Virus record (IMG/VR): IMGVR_UViG_3300029305_004466
Direction: 5' to 3' (one strand)
Length of the DNA: 64,000 nucleotides
Origin: a virus
Taxonomy: Duplodnaviria > Caudoviricetes
This document shows positions 50,801 through 60,188 of the stretch, piece by piece. Made by a program: the position numbers and the translations under genes. Below the pieces are notes generated by a model. The model did no database searches. It was not told where the DNA came from and saw only the letters and a list, made by a program, of their open reading frames with translations. The first letter of the stretch is position 1; every line of letters begins with the position of its first letter.

Positions 50801-53577
50801 ATATCTTTATCAATACCATCACCAAATACCTGCATATAATTAGGGTCTGGTAAATTCTCTACTAATATCTTTTTAGAGATTTTTTTAGAGTTAATGCCAG
50901 AACTTCCATAAGTTATGCTAGGGTTAAGACGATTTTCCATTTTAGCTAAATCAGCTCTACGGAACATAGTGTCTTGAGGTTTTTTATAACTGTTTACTAT
51001 TACATGATTACTTCTGATGGTATCATAAATAATTCCATCAGTAAAACCAGAGATATATAAGAAAGAACTATTTGTAGCTACATATTCATCGTCTGTATTG
51101 GTTGATGTTGATAGCTTTGGAATATCTGAAGTAACATTAATTGTTCCCATCATACCATAACTATATTTTTTAAAAGAAGAATTAGGAGTATCTTCAGCTC
51201 CATAACTATAACTGTCTATAATGTGAATATTTTTAAATATATCACCTGTTACATTGCCGTTACCATCTACGGCATGTGGATTATCGGTCCAGCCATTTTG
51301 CCACTCTTCACTGTTTTCTTTTGCCTCTGTTAATAAATCTAATATAGACCTGTCACTCATTCTGGTAAGTTCTAGCTTACTAACGATTTCTGCTCTATGT
51401 GTTTTATCGCTATAAGCAACAGGAGTAACATGTTCATTAAATACAAATGATACTGGTTCAGATTCAATATAAACTGTTTTATATTCAACAGATGTATAAG
51501 GAATTGATATTTCTATATCACCAGTTTTTAATTCTTCAGTTACAGAACCTTCTAAAATCATATTAAGACTTTCAATAAAAGCACCTTTAACAGATTGAGC
51601 ATCATTTTCATTATTTTCTCTTTCATCTATTTTTATTTCTAGAAAATCTATTGTTTTTCCTTTAGCGTATTCATAGCCAACGTAACCCATAGCTTCTGCT
51701 ATTCCACCTTTGGCACAATCTCTTATTTTTCCTTGACAATTATCAATATAACTTTCAGTGTAAAATGTGTTATCATCATTAAAACCCCCTACAGCTCTAT
51801 TACCAAATACAACGAATATTTTGTCAGCAGGACATTCTTTTATACTATTTTCGATATCCTTATACATGTTGTTCCATCTTATTTGGTCATTGGTGGTTTT
51901 TGTACCATCTGGCTGTTTATCTCCTTGGTAATAATATGGAGCATTTGGATAACCGTCTGTAAAGAATAACATGCAGATATTCTCTTTACCAGATTTAATA
52001 AGCCCACGTTCTTTAGCATCTGTAAAGCCATCGCCCCAGTTTGTTCTGTTGCCGACTTTTTTATCACCAACAATACCGTCACCATTACCTATATAATATG
52101 TTGTACCATTTAATATGTATGGATAATCAGTTTTTTCACTCATAACACCACACATTAATCCATTGATTATTTCTTTAGCTTTATCTCCATCAGGACAATG
52201 AACGGAATATGCAGTAGTACCATAACCAGTAACTATATAATCAAGTTGTCTATTTTTTTCGTCATAAGTACTTAAACTAGTTATTCGTTTTTCTATTTCA
52301 TCAATAAAAGCATAAGAAGCCTCTTTTACTTTCTCAAGTCTTCCTAAAGTTGGTTTAGCACTTTTACTGTCTGCTTTAGCGACAACCGTTTCACCTTTTT
52401 CATTCTCTCTAGGCAATCTCATGGAAGAAGATAGGTCGATAGAAATTATAATGGTTGTTGGTTTTGTTACTGCTTCAATAACTGTTGTTTCTTTCCATTC
52501 AACTTCTTTTTTGACAGTATTATGATTTTCTGTTTCTCTAAATAAATCTACATAAGCACAAATTTTTGCATAAACAGTTATAGGTTTTGTAGTCCATAAA
52601 TATTCAGAGCGATACATCTCTTGCCATGGATATGCGTCTAATTTAAAAGTAACTTCACCTTCTTGTTCGGTAATAGTTTCTTTTGCTTCGAGACATATTT
52701 TATAATTAAAACCTACTTGATTATAACGTTTCTCTCTTTGAGTATATTCACCAGTAAGAGTAAAGTAAGCTTTAAATTTTTCATAGAAATCTTTATCCAT
52801 TTGTTTGTAAACTTTTAAATCATTTAAATCACCGATACCAGATTTGAAAGCTGTTAAATTTTCTTCAACAACTTCACGCTCTTTATCAGTAATGGACCAG
52901 TCATGTTTTCTTTCTATGAAATATTTATCAAGACTAATTTGCGGATTAACAGTCTCAGTAACAGAAGTAACTTCTGCTGAAGGTTGAGAAGTCTGTGTGT
53001 CCGTATAGTTAATAAGTTTTCTTGTGTATGCTGTATTAGGCTCTAAACCTGTTTCTATGTAGTACTTAGCTCCCATTGGAATAGTAGCTATAATTTTTAC
53101 TTTATCATCTTCAGACTCATAATCTTCTATTTCATAGATTAAGTAATGAGCATACTGTTCATCAGATTCATCCCATGTCCATACAATTGTACTGGAATCA
53201 TATGCTTTTCCATATAAAGTAGGAACAGGTAATGGTTGCTCTTTAGGATAAACATAACATCTAACGTCAGGTGTTAATGTAAATTCATTAACATTAACAG
53301 GATTCTCAAAGAATACTTCTGCACCTTCTGTTAATGTTATTATTTCATATTCATCTATAACAACATTATCAGTTGTAATTAATTCAGCTTCACAGTAGTC
53401 TTCTACTTCTTGCATGAATAAATCAAGAACATAAACGCTGCTATGTAATACATGATAGTTATCGTATAAAACATTATCATCAGCTGTAATTTCAGATTCG
53501 AAATTCTTGTTAAAGATTACAGAACTGTTTGTTATGTTATTAAATACTGTAAGTTTTACGGTGTATGATATTAACAT
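47806..53577 (-). CDS. Very large virion protein with FN3, VWA (MIDAS) and C-terminal Ig-like (invasin-type) domains
   Basis: TIVWTW...TGLEPNTAY; IDLSSSM...TNW...FTDGYPN; VLDIIGNPI...TDMNG...GTDTITA. Confidence 0.8.
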   Translation of the reverse strand: MLISYTVKLTVFNNITNSSVIFNKNFESEITADDNVLYDNYHVLHSSVYVLDLFMQEVEDYCEAELITTDNVVIDEYEIITLTEGAEVFFENPVNVNEFTLTPDVRCYVYPKEQPLPVPTLYGKAYDSSTIVWTWDESDEQYAHYLIYEIEDYESEDDKVKIIATIPMGAKYYIETGLEPNTAYTRKLINYTDTQTSQPSAEVTSVTETVNPQISLDKYFIERKHDWSITDKEREVVEENLTAFKSGIGDLNDLKVYKQMDKDFYEKFKAYFTLTGEYTQREKRYNQVGFNYKICLEAKETITEQEGEVTFKLDAYPWQEMYRSEYLWTTKPITVYAKICAYVDLFRETENHNTVKKEVEWKETTVIEAVTKPTTIIISIDLSSSMRLPRENEKGETVVAKADSKSAKPTLGRLEKVKEASYAFIDEIEKRITSLSTYDEKNRQLDYIVTGYGTTAYSVHCPDGDKAKEIINGLMCGVMSEKTDYPYILNGTTYYIGNGDGIVGDKKVGNRTNWGDGFTDAKERGLIKSGKENICMLFFTDGYPNAPYYYQGDKQPDGTKTTNDQIRWNNMYKDIENSIKECPADKIFVVFGNRAVGGFNDDNTFYTESYIDNCQGKIRDCAKGGIAEAMGYVGYEYAKGKTIDFLEIKIDERENNENDAQSVKGAFIESLNMILEGSVTEELKTGDIEISIPYTSVEYKTVYIESEPVSFVFNEHVTPVAYSDKTHRAEIVSKLELTRMSDRSILDLLTEAKENSEEWQNGWTDNPHAVDGNGNVTGDIFKNIHIIDSYSYGAEDTPNSSFKKYSYGMMGTINVTSDIPKLSTSTNTDDEYVATNSSFLYISGFTDGIIYDTIRSNHVIVNSYKKPQDTMFRRADLAKMENRLNPSITYGSSGINSKKISKKILVENLPDPNYMQVFGDGIDKDMIVKIDKAYSSPVLNYRFNLVDPEAYTPYHEILPDAFKDSSDKHLIRLTVYYANNVEINSDGINDNYYSLFDCENPVKSPLVFEYGLNANWNSSKGIYENDGHWITQYVHFYARKMTKTQDYYDEYPNENMDSMYGLVNGRYRSDNLSGKQDLFVDTPEFNIPTTVLANHADTIKIYIKITDKYPEDALVSYKWDHETAPGSGYTQVNGDYVTFSSESLTYKDIKYTKTLATLETEEIELFNQEPYEKIQTITKPEGDIYDNYFIEVTTDNGDVLATRYPSRIDFGDSDTYMLPVTYRGVINATSKWSPRIHNGYYYINQHEKYLYSDFDVEADFEKTVETQYQNTTVFVNFNVSLEKAAGPVENYSITKDTMAELLQDEKHFEWIAGQGLTLKPVISGLKYKHYETQTWYSPVLLFDNALTQAGPLKLTYQNTDGSSAGLNLFIRSFNLEEGKWTDWTSFTNNSTPATLSCGYQLKADISATEQHTVYDSEDYLCCYLDWCDYLDENLSKNIVTITDHITTGLAEGEGVAISNILQYGCETGLELDMYSSNKNVVLNVAYSNSINDLILENIKWQPYTSTNLNLKYKYYRFKITIPEKEKVYWLRLKTRTLESEITLPYIKSISMTGRYVPVNTTANFMKLETFTIPKDGMYHEIIPRIGDYLSSEIISRGFSVEEVKNISITSMNPDNYLLYDNTLSYVDLLESSVEAATSEATMDKISYLPYIKATDNQIKIKGTPQQYCPITIEDENGIPLKQIYNVDPATMMLTEIHTMQVRENYVELKRNDYELGTLKVWVNDEEITDYFIVNHLLMFKNFLNINDEIVVTYKIKNSFYANIDRKLNTTVITVYTGEDNTDKKFKVMFETNKQNNKLVAKKLSLNPVYRTDYSGFIYLTEEHNTPYKINIWCNPKRVKAGGRDNIDIQIEVLDIIGNPIIGKQVDIDCNIGTVTYESQETDMNGVVHCIYTSSTITGTDTITAKVLLDDMTNLEKSIEIISY

Positions 53578-53592
53578 AGCATTTTATCCTTT

Positions 53593-53904
53593 CTAAAGCT
53601 TTTTAATATTATGGTCTGCAATGATGTAATAGCCATTGTTTAACTTATACATCTTTACAGGAGTATAGTTGATTTCGCATATTACATTGCAAACTTGACC
53701 TTTCTTTAACTTACCCTGAGAGTTATTTAATGACGGACCCTTATAAAGCTTTGTGTCATCAGTTAATGCGGTAATTTGGAACAAATAAGATTCTTTTGTT
53801 TTGATAACTGGTTTTGGGGTTATAATATGTGGAACTTCAAGAACCTCAATAGTTTCCTTTGCTTCAGTTTCAGTTGCTATTACTTCTTTCTTTTTCTTAG
53901 CCAT
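53593..53904 (-). CDS. Small protein with SH3b-like C-terminal domain
   Basis: LYKGPS...LKKGQ...YKLNNGYYI. Confidence 0.6.
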   Translation of the reverse strand: MAKKKKEVIATETEAKETIEVLEVPHIITPKPVIKTKESYLFQITALTDDTKLYKGPSLNNSQGKLKKGQVCNVICEINYTPVKMYKLNNGYYIIADHNIKKL

Positions 53905-54445
53905 TTTGATTATCCTCCTCACTATAGACCTTTACTAGTTTTGCTTTGATATTGGAATCTTTTTCGATAATCCATTCGGATGCATATCTAAGGTGCATAC
54001 CAGTTTTACTTGGTAGTATCATTCTGTATTTTCCTTTTGTTAGAGCTTTATCTAATTTGCTTGTTGTGACAAAAACTTTTTCCATGTCGCTTTCGTAAAA
54101 AAGAATTTCATAGTATTCTGTCATGTCTTCTTCAAAACCATCATCATGAATGAAGAATACTTTAAACTCTTTATCAATATATCTTTTATTAGTATAACCG
54201 TATACCATAAAATAATCAATAAAGGTTTTATCATTCCAGTTGTAAGTGGCACAAAAATAATTTTGACCCGTATGTGTTATCATATCTTTGTCTGTCATAT
54301 AATCAACAGAACGCACATCTACAAACTCTTTGTCAGAGAAAATGAGATGTGCGTGTAAGTCTTTTGGGTCATATTTCTTGCCAACTAAAACCGGAGCACC
54401 ATGATAATGCACTTCGAATTTAATAGGCTCTTTCATATGAATCAT
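53897..54445 (-). CDS. Protein with one bacterial Ig-like repeat
   Basis: YHGAPVLVGKKYDPKDL resembles the repeats in 30005-31678. Confidence 0.6.
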   Translation of the reverse strand: MIHMKEPIKFEVHYHGAPVLVGKKYDPKDLHAHLIFSDKEFVDVRSVDYMTDKDMITHTGQNYFCATYNWNDKTFIDYFMVYGYTNKRYIDKEFKVFFIHDDGFEEDMTEYYEILFYESDMEKVFVTTSKLDKALTKGKYRMILPSKTGMHLRYASEWIIEKDSNIKAKLVKVYSEEDNQNG

Positions 54446-55542
54446 CCTTTATAATTTTTAAATCCTTGTATAGACCCATTCATTAAAGTTGGAATTGTTC
54501 CATATCCTGATACTTCATAATTGTTTGGGTCCCAATAATGTTCGTTCCATTTAAAGTTATTCCAGAATATAGGACATTCGGAATTCATAATATCTATGTA
54601 GTGTTTTAATTCTGATTTAGGCTTATGGTCTATTGTGAATAATTCGTTTTGTAATTTAATATCATCTTTATTCCAGAGCTTATGCATTTCTAATCCATAT
54701 ACATAGGTTACATCTGTTATTGATAAATCGCTATTTGGATTACCTTTCAACATTACAGTTCCAGATTCTGTTATAAAGATTTTATCTAAATCATAATATT
54801 CTCCATTAACTTTAATGGAGTTTAATACTATCATTGCATCTGTTAGCTCTAAATCAAGCGTAGGGTTATTCCAGAGGAGATTTCGCCTTAACCCTAACTC
54901 TCTACCGATTCCATTAATTAAACCGTCTCTTGAGGCATTTGACGGGTTTTTAAAGACATCCTCGATACGCTTTTTATATTCTACGTTTGGTTCTTCTGGG
55001 ATTCTAGGACAACACAATAATAATCCAAATTCATCAAAGAAATTCCAAACATGGTGTGGAATTAATTCTTGTTGATAAACTTCATCATTGATTTCAAATT
55101 CAACATAGCCATTAGTATATATAGCATCTACATTGAATTTATTTCTAACGTATATAATATTACGTTTTTCATCAATGAAATATGTTTCTAACGCATTGAG
55201 ATTTTTATTCTTGATGTTTTGGTCTATACCAAAGAATTCCTTTAAATTTTCTGCTCTTTTAAGACCTGCTCCATAGGCAAATACTTTTGTGATATCTTTT
55301 ACTCGTAATGGCATTGGGACAATAGCTTTATAGCAGAAGTCTACTTGGTCTATATCAATGGTGTCGATATAACATTGTTCGTATGCATAATTCAGTACAA
55401 ATTGCATATCATCCAACTTAAGACCAACGATATTTAAGAATCTGGCACCGATGCTATCCGCACTACCTTTACGCATTTTAAACCAGTGAGGTAAAGCGTC
55501 TAATATCAAACTAGTATATTTTGCAAATTTTAATTCAGACAT
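54442..55542 (-). CDS. Putative baseplate wedge/tail protein
   Basis: LPHW, FDEFGLLL...RIPEEPNVEYKKRI...GLINGIGRELGL. Confidence 0.55.
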   Translation of the reverse strand: MSELKFAKYTSLILDALPHWFKMRKGSADSIGARFLNIVGLKLDDMQFVLNYAYEQCYIDTIDIDQVDFCYKAIVPMPLRVKDITKVFAYGAGLKRAENLKEFFGIDQNIKNKNLNALETYFIDEKRNIIYVRNKFNVDAIYTNGYVEFEINDEVYQQELIPHHVWNFFDEFGLLLCCPRIPEEPNVEYKKRIEDVFKNPSNASRDGLINGIGRELGLRRNLLWNNPTLDLELTDAMIVLNSIKVNGEYYDLDKIFITESGTVMLKGNPNSDLSITDVTYVYGLEMHKLWNKDDIKLQNELFTIDHKPKSELKHYIDIMNSECPIFWNNFKWNEHYWDPNNYEVSGYGTIPTLMNGSIQGFKNYKG

Positions 55543-55554
55543 TGTTACACCTCT

Positions 55555-56052
55555 TTACAAAATAACATTATGCATACCATATTGGTATGATTCTATTATA
55601 ATAGGATTTATGAAAAATTCACAGTCATTTTCTAATGTATATGATTTTTCTATAACGTCTTTATAATAGATAATTTTTACTTTAGTATTTATTTCGATTT
55701 TTACTTTGTTTGTATTTATGGTAAATACTTTAGATGTTTTATTTATTGTATAATGGAGTTTACTGATTTGAATGCCGTCCACTAAAATAATTACTTCATG
55801 GTCTTTATCCATGTAAATATTTTTAGGAAGATTCCATGTAGCATTATTAGAATATTCCAATTCTAATTCTTCTCTTACTGGTGATGGAATAATTGGGTTA
55901 GGAATAGTATCTATTAATTCAGTACGAATTCCAGAATCATATGTAGCATCTATTGTTTTAGTATATATTTCATATCCTAAAACATTTTTAGATGACAATC
56001 TTGGGAATCTTATTGTCTTTTTTATATTTGTTGGTAATACATATGTACTCAC
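55555..56052 (-). CDS. Hypothetical structural protein
   Basis: 165 aa, beta-rich. Confidence 0.65.
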   Translation of the reverse strand: MSTYVLPTNIKKTIRFPRLSSKNVLGYEIYTKTIDATYDSGIRTELIDTIPNPIIPSPVREELELEYSNNATWNLPKNIYMDKDHEVIILVDGIQISKLHYTINKTSKVFTINTNKVKIEINTKVKIIYYKDVIEKSYTLENDCEFFINPIIIESYQYGMHNVIL

Positions 56053-56426
56053 TCGATAACATCCCCTTCATTATTTTCGTTTTCATCATCATTTAAAGAT
56101 GCTATTACATCATCTATTGCAGTATTCATTTCATCTTCGGTATATTCTTTTTGGGTTTCAAATATAAGACTAGTACCATAATACATTTTATATGCATCTA
56201 TTCCAGTAACAACAAGATACATTATATTTTCTTTTTCTTCGATATTGTCATATTCTTCTTGTGTTTCACAAATAACCATTTTGGTAAAGTTTCTTAATGT
56301 CCCATTATCGGACATTTTTATTTGATTACAATATTTTAAAATATATAAATAATCATGTTCAGATACTTCTTTTTCTCTTACAGTTTTAAATTTGTCTTCG
56401 TTATCAATTTCCATTACTCTCAGCAT
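56049..56426 (-). CDS. Protein with tail-fibre-associated TQxEYD..K...Y motif
   Basis: ETQEEYDNIEEKENIMYLV. Confidence 0.55.
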   Translation of the reverse strand: MLRVMEIDNEDKFKTVREKEVSEHDYLYILKYCNQIKMSDNGTLRNFTKMVICETQEEYDNIEEKENIMYLVVTGIDAYKMYYGTSLIFETQKEYTEDEMNTAIDDVIASLNDDENENNEGDVIE

Positions 56427-56476
56427 ATTTTATCCTCACTTTAAGAATGAATATATTTTTAATTAATTATAACACA

Positions 56477-56509
56477 TTGGACCTTAATATAAAATATACC
56501 AAGGCCCAA
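56477..56509 (-). terminator. 15-bp RNA hairpin (3 G-U pairs) downstream of the glycosyltransferase
   Basis: UUGGGCCUUGGUAUA-UUU-UAUAUUAAGGUCCAA on the minus strand. Confidence 0.5.
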
Positions 56510-56524
56510 GAAAGTTTTGTTTAT

Positions 56525-57652
56525 TTATTTTTTATTGTTTTTCTCTGTTTTCTTTTTTGTATATCCTATAGGACATACTCCGCATTCTTCGTTATTTTTT
56601 ATTAAATCTTTAGGAAGTTTATCCCATACTTCGTATATGTAATTTTCATTGTATTCTTCTGTATGAAGTTTTTCCATGAATTCTTTAATGCCCATACAAG
56701 GAATAATGCCAGCCATTTTACCGCTTCCCCAATTACCTTGCTGATTCATGCTGTATGCTACTGCAAACATTTCATCAGTAATATTTGGTTCAATTCTTTT
56801 ATAGCAAGCATGGTAGAACTTTTTAACATATTCCCAGTTTTGGTCTTTGAATACCGGATTTCTTGCAACGGTTTCTATGTAGTATGAGTAAAGATTAAGC
56901 ATACATTCAAGAGTCCATTGGTCAATATAACCATTGAAAGGTTGAACTTTTTTAGCTTCTTTAATTGCGTAAATCATATTATCTGTCCAACCGCAGAATG
57001 ACTGGTCAAATGCATATTGGCAATTGTTGATTCTAGTGATAGAATCTACTTTTTCGTGCCAGTAATATACAGTTTCATTTATCCAATGAACTTTTTCTTT
57101 GTCGTTACTACATAATAAACGTACCCATGTATTAAAGCCTGTATCTTCATTCGCCCTTGTATTGTTAAAATGTATTTTGTATTTTTCAATAAATTCTCTT
57201 TTATAGATTTTGCCAAACATCCATACCATATCATTCGTATGTGGAACCATTTGTAAGTTCTCATGTAATTCCATGAATGTACCTACGCAACATTGAATGC
57301 TTGGGTCAAGAGTAATTCCTTTTCTAAGTATCTCTAATGCTAATGCACCTGAAAAAGTATCATCAGCATCAATACAGGTAAAGTATTGATTACTTGTATT
57401 GTCAATACCATACTGTCTTGCTAATCCCGGACCGCCATTTTCTGTCATCTTAATTTCTCTGATTTTCATGTACGGAGAATACAAATTTACAACTTCTTGA
57501 TAATCTCCGTTAGGGCAACAATCGTTTACGATAGTTACCTCTAAGTCATCAAGGATAGATTGACAGGCAATAGAAGCAATGGTTTTTATTATTGTCTTTT
57601 GTGCTTTATAAGCCGGAATAATAATGTCTATTTTGTTGTTATTGTTAGCCAT
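56525..57652 (-). CDS. Family 2 (GT-A) glycosyltransferase
   Basis: IDIIIPAY, VNDCC, NGGPGLARQYGI, CIDADD, NED. Confidence 0.9.
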   Translation of the reverse strand: MANNNNKIDIIIPAYKAQKTIIKTIASIACQSILDDLEVTIVNDCCPNGDYQEVVNLYSPYMKIREIKMTENGGPGLARQYGIDNTSNQYFTCIDADDTFSGALALEILRKGITLDPSIQCCVGTFMELHENLQMVPHTNDMVWMFGKIYKREFIEKYKIHFNNTRANEDTGFNTWVRLLCSNDKEKVHWINETVYYWHEKVDSITRINNCQYAFDQSFCGWTDNMIYAIKEAKKVQPFNGYIDQWTLECMLNLYSYYIETVARNPVFKDQNWEYVKKFYHACYKRIEPNITDEMFAVAYSMNQQGNWGSGKMAGIIPCMGIKEFMEKLHTEEYNENYIYEVWDKLPKDLIKNNEECGVCPIGYTKKKTEKNNKK

Positions 57653-57708
57653 TTTTGTTATATCCTTTCTTATTTATTTTAATGTATTTATTATAACATT
57701 ATGTTACA

Positions 57709-59745
57709 TTATTGTAAATTATAATATACATAGAAATTATATGTTGCATTATAATATCCATTGGTTGTGTATGTCCAATTTATTTGTGTTCCAAAAGCAT
57801 AGTTTGAATTATTATATAACATCTTATTTATTGAATTACTAGCAGAATTTTTTGGAACAAAAATATTTTTTTTGACTGAATTGTTCATACCAGCAAAAGC
57901 GTTATTTAAAAATCTAGGTGCATTAATATTTGTTGTATATAAACTAATATCTGTTATATTTGTACAGTTACGAAAAGTATTTTGCAAATCAGAAACATTT
58001 TTAGGTACAATAATATGTTGATGCAAGATTGTGCATCTATTAAAGCAGCTTCCCATATCAATAACACTATCAGGTATAACAACAGGTTGGTCAAAATTTG
58101 TGCAACCATTAAAGAGACTATCTATAAATGTAACTCCATTAGGTATAGCGACAGGTTGATTGAAATTTGCACATGTTGAAAAAGTATAGCCCATATTTGT
58201 TACACTATTAGGTATATTTATAGGATAGTTAAAACTTGTTCCTGAAAATGTAGCAAACATATCAGTTACGCTATTTGGTATTTCTATCGGTTGATTGAAA
58301 TTTCTACAACTTTCAAAAAGAGAACCGATATTTGTAGCTCCATCAGGTATAGTTATAGGCTGATTGAAAGGAGTACTTGAAAAGAGCCCCTTCATATTTG
58401 TTACACTATTAGGTATATTTATAGGATAGTTAAAACTTGTTTCTCTAAAAAGCTGGAATACACTTGTTACTCCATTAGGTATAGTAACGGGTTGATTAAA
58501 TTTTGTACTTTTTGTAAATACTGATTCTAAAGCTGTCACGCCCTCAGGAAATGTTATGAACTGATTGAAGCTTTTACAATTGTAAAAAGTGTTACTCATA
58601 GTAAACGGATGAGACACTGCTGTAGGCATGTTTACTGGCTGATTGAAATTTACACAGTTATTAAAAGTGTTATCCATTGTGATAATTGTATCAGGTATAG
58701 TAACTGGTTGATTGAAATTTATACAATTATGAAAAGTGTTATCCATTCGTGCAACATTATTAGATATAGTTATTGGCTGATTTAACAATTTACAGTTCCA
58801 AGCCATATAACTAATATCAGTGATTTCATCAGGGATAGTTAATGACTGGTTAAAAACATTACAGTTTGCAAAAATATAACGTAAAGAATTATTATATGCC
58901 TTGAAAGCAAATAAATTTACAGGTCGGTTAAAGTTAACAGGGAAAAAGTTAGCATCAAATCTGTAACTTATATTTTTATTATTAACAGTTGAAGGTAAAT
59001 TTTCACAATTAATTATCGTTGTTGTTGTTTTATAGATAACATATTCATTATTATAAGTATAAGCATCATACGTATTACCTACAAGAGAAATATAATTTGG
59101 ATGGTTATACATTCGTTTACATGTTATATTATATGCCTTAGTGTTTGGAAAACATCTAAGATTGACGTTAGTATAACCGTTAACAGTGCCTAACCAACCA
59201 ATTCTATTAATAGTAATAGACTTTGTTAAATTGGTACATCCATTAAAAGCATTACTTAGATTAGTTACATTTTCATGAACACTAACTATTTGATTAAAAC
59301 TAGTACAATTATCACATAAGCCAGCTATATTGGTTACACCATTTGGAATAGTAATAGGTTGATTAAAGGATGCACATCTTGTAAATGCTCCTGCCATATC
59401 AGTTACACTATTTGGTATATTTATCGGCTGATTGAAACTTGTACAATCACAAAAAGCAGCACCCATATTAGTTATATTTTCAGATAATGTAATAGGTTGG
59501 TTTAAATTTGTACAACGCCGGAATGTATTTGATATTGACGTTACGCTATTTGGCATTTCTATCGGTTGATTGAAATTTGTACAGCCATAAAAAGTGTAAT
59601 CCATCTGTGTAACCCCATCAGGAATAGTAACAGGATGGTTAAAATTTGTACAACCATTGTATAAATTGCTCATATTATTATTATAAAATTGTACGCCATT
59701 TTCAAATGTAGCCGCAGTCATTGTTGCATGTGTAAAAAATCCCAT
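57709..59745 (-). CDS. BspA/DUF285-like leucine-rich-repeat protein
   Basis: About 20 repeats of roughly 22 aa, consensus FNQPITIPxGVTxMxxxFxxCT, in two blocks. Confidence 0.85.
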   Translation of the reverse strand: MGFFTHATMTAATFENGVQFYNNNMSNLYNGCTNFNHPVTIPDGVTQMDYTFYGCTNFNQPIEMPNSVTSISNTFRRCTNLNQPITLSENITNMGAAFCDCTSFNQPINIPNSVTDMAGAFTRCASFNQPITIPNGVTNIAGLCDNCTSFNQIVSVHENVTNLSNAFNGCTNLTKSITINRIGWLGTVNGYTNVNLRCFPNTKAYNITCKRMYNHPNYISLVGNTYDAYTYNNEYVIYKTTTTIINCENLPSTVNNKNISYRFDANFFPVNFNRPVNLFAFKAYNNSLRYIFANCNVFNQSLTIPDEITDISYMAWNCKLLNQPITISNNVARMDNTFHNCINFNQPVTIPDTIITMDNTFNNCVNFNQPVNMPTAVSHPFTMSNTFYNCKSFNQFITFPEGVTALESVFTKSTKFNQPVTIPNGVTSVFQLFRETSFNYPINIPNSVTNMKGLFSSTPFNQPITIPDGATNIGSLFESCRNFNQPIEIPNSVTDMFATFSGTSFNYPINIPNSVTNMGYTFSTCANFNQPVAIPNGVTFIDSLFNGCTNFDQPVVIPDSVIDMGSCFNRCTILHQHIIVPKNVSDLQNTFRNCTNITDISLYTTNINAPRFLNNAFAGMNNSVKKNIFVPKNSASNSINKMLYNNSNYAFGTQINWTYTTNGYYNATYNFYVYYNLQ
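58192..58441. repeat. Exact 49-bp direct repeat within the LRR gene (58192-58240 and 58393-58441)
   Basis: catatttgttacactattaggtatatttataggatagttaaaacttgtt occurs twice, 201 bp apart. Confidence 0.85.
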
Positions 59746-59761
59746 TGTATTTTACCTCCTT

Positions 59762-60124
59762 TTATACTTCTTCTACATTAATTACTGTAGGGTAGTTTCC
59801 TAATGTAGCTGGAATTACTACATCATAATTACCATTATTAGCATACCAAGTTGAGTAATTTACTGATGTTACTTCGACAGTTTTATTTTCTTCATCTACC
59901 GCATATGTGTAATATTGAAGATTGGAATCAGTTTCATCAAAAGTTACAGGTTCGGTTATTCCACCAGAAGTACCGCCTTCAGAATCACCATTATTACCAC
60001 CAGAAGTACCACCCTCAGAATCGTCATTGCTGCCATCATCTGTTTCAACTTCAAAAAGACATATCTGTTGAAAATACGTATTGCTTTTTATTTTATCTAT
60101 TAGTTGTTCTTTGAGAGTTGCCAT
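59762..60124 (-). CDS. Small protein: acidic Gly linker plus BspA-type LRR N-cap-like domain
   Basis: DSEGGTSGG x2; YTYAVDEENKTVEVT...DVVIPATLGNYPTV; AAGGAGGT RBS. Confidence 0.7.
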   Translation of the reverse strand: MATLKEQLIDKIKSNTYFQQICLFEVETDDGSNDDSEGGTSGGNNGDSEGGTSGGITEPVTFDETDSNLQYYTYAVDEENKTVEVTSVNYSTWYANNGNYDVVIPATLGNYPTVINVEEV

Positions 60125-60188
60125 TAGAATTACCTCCTTAGTTTTGTTTATAATATTTAATATACCGTTAAAAATAATAAATGGTATG

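Noticed and set aside
57709-59745. Possible DGR target/template or CRISPR array in the repetitive region
   Set aside because: Repeats are in-frame protein repeats; the 49-bp pair is exact rather than adenine-variable; no reverse transcriptase or spacer structure in the window
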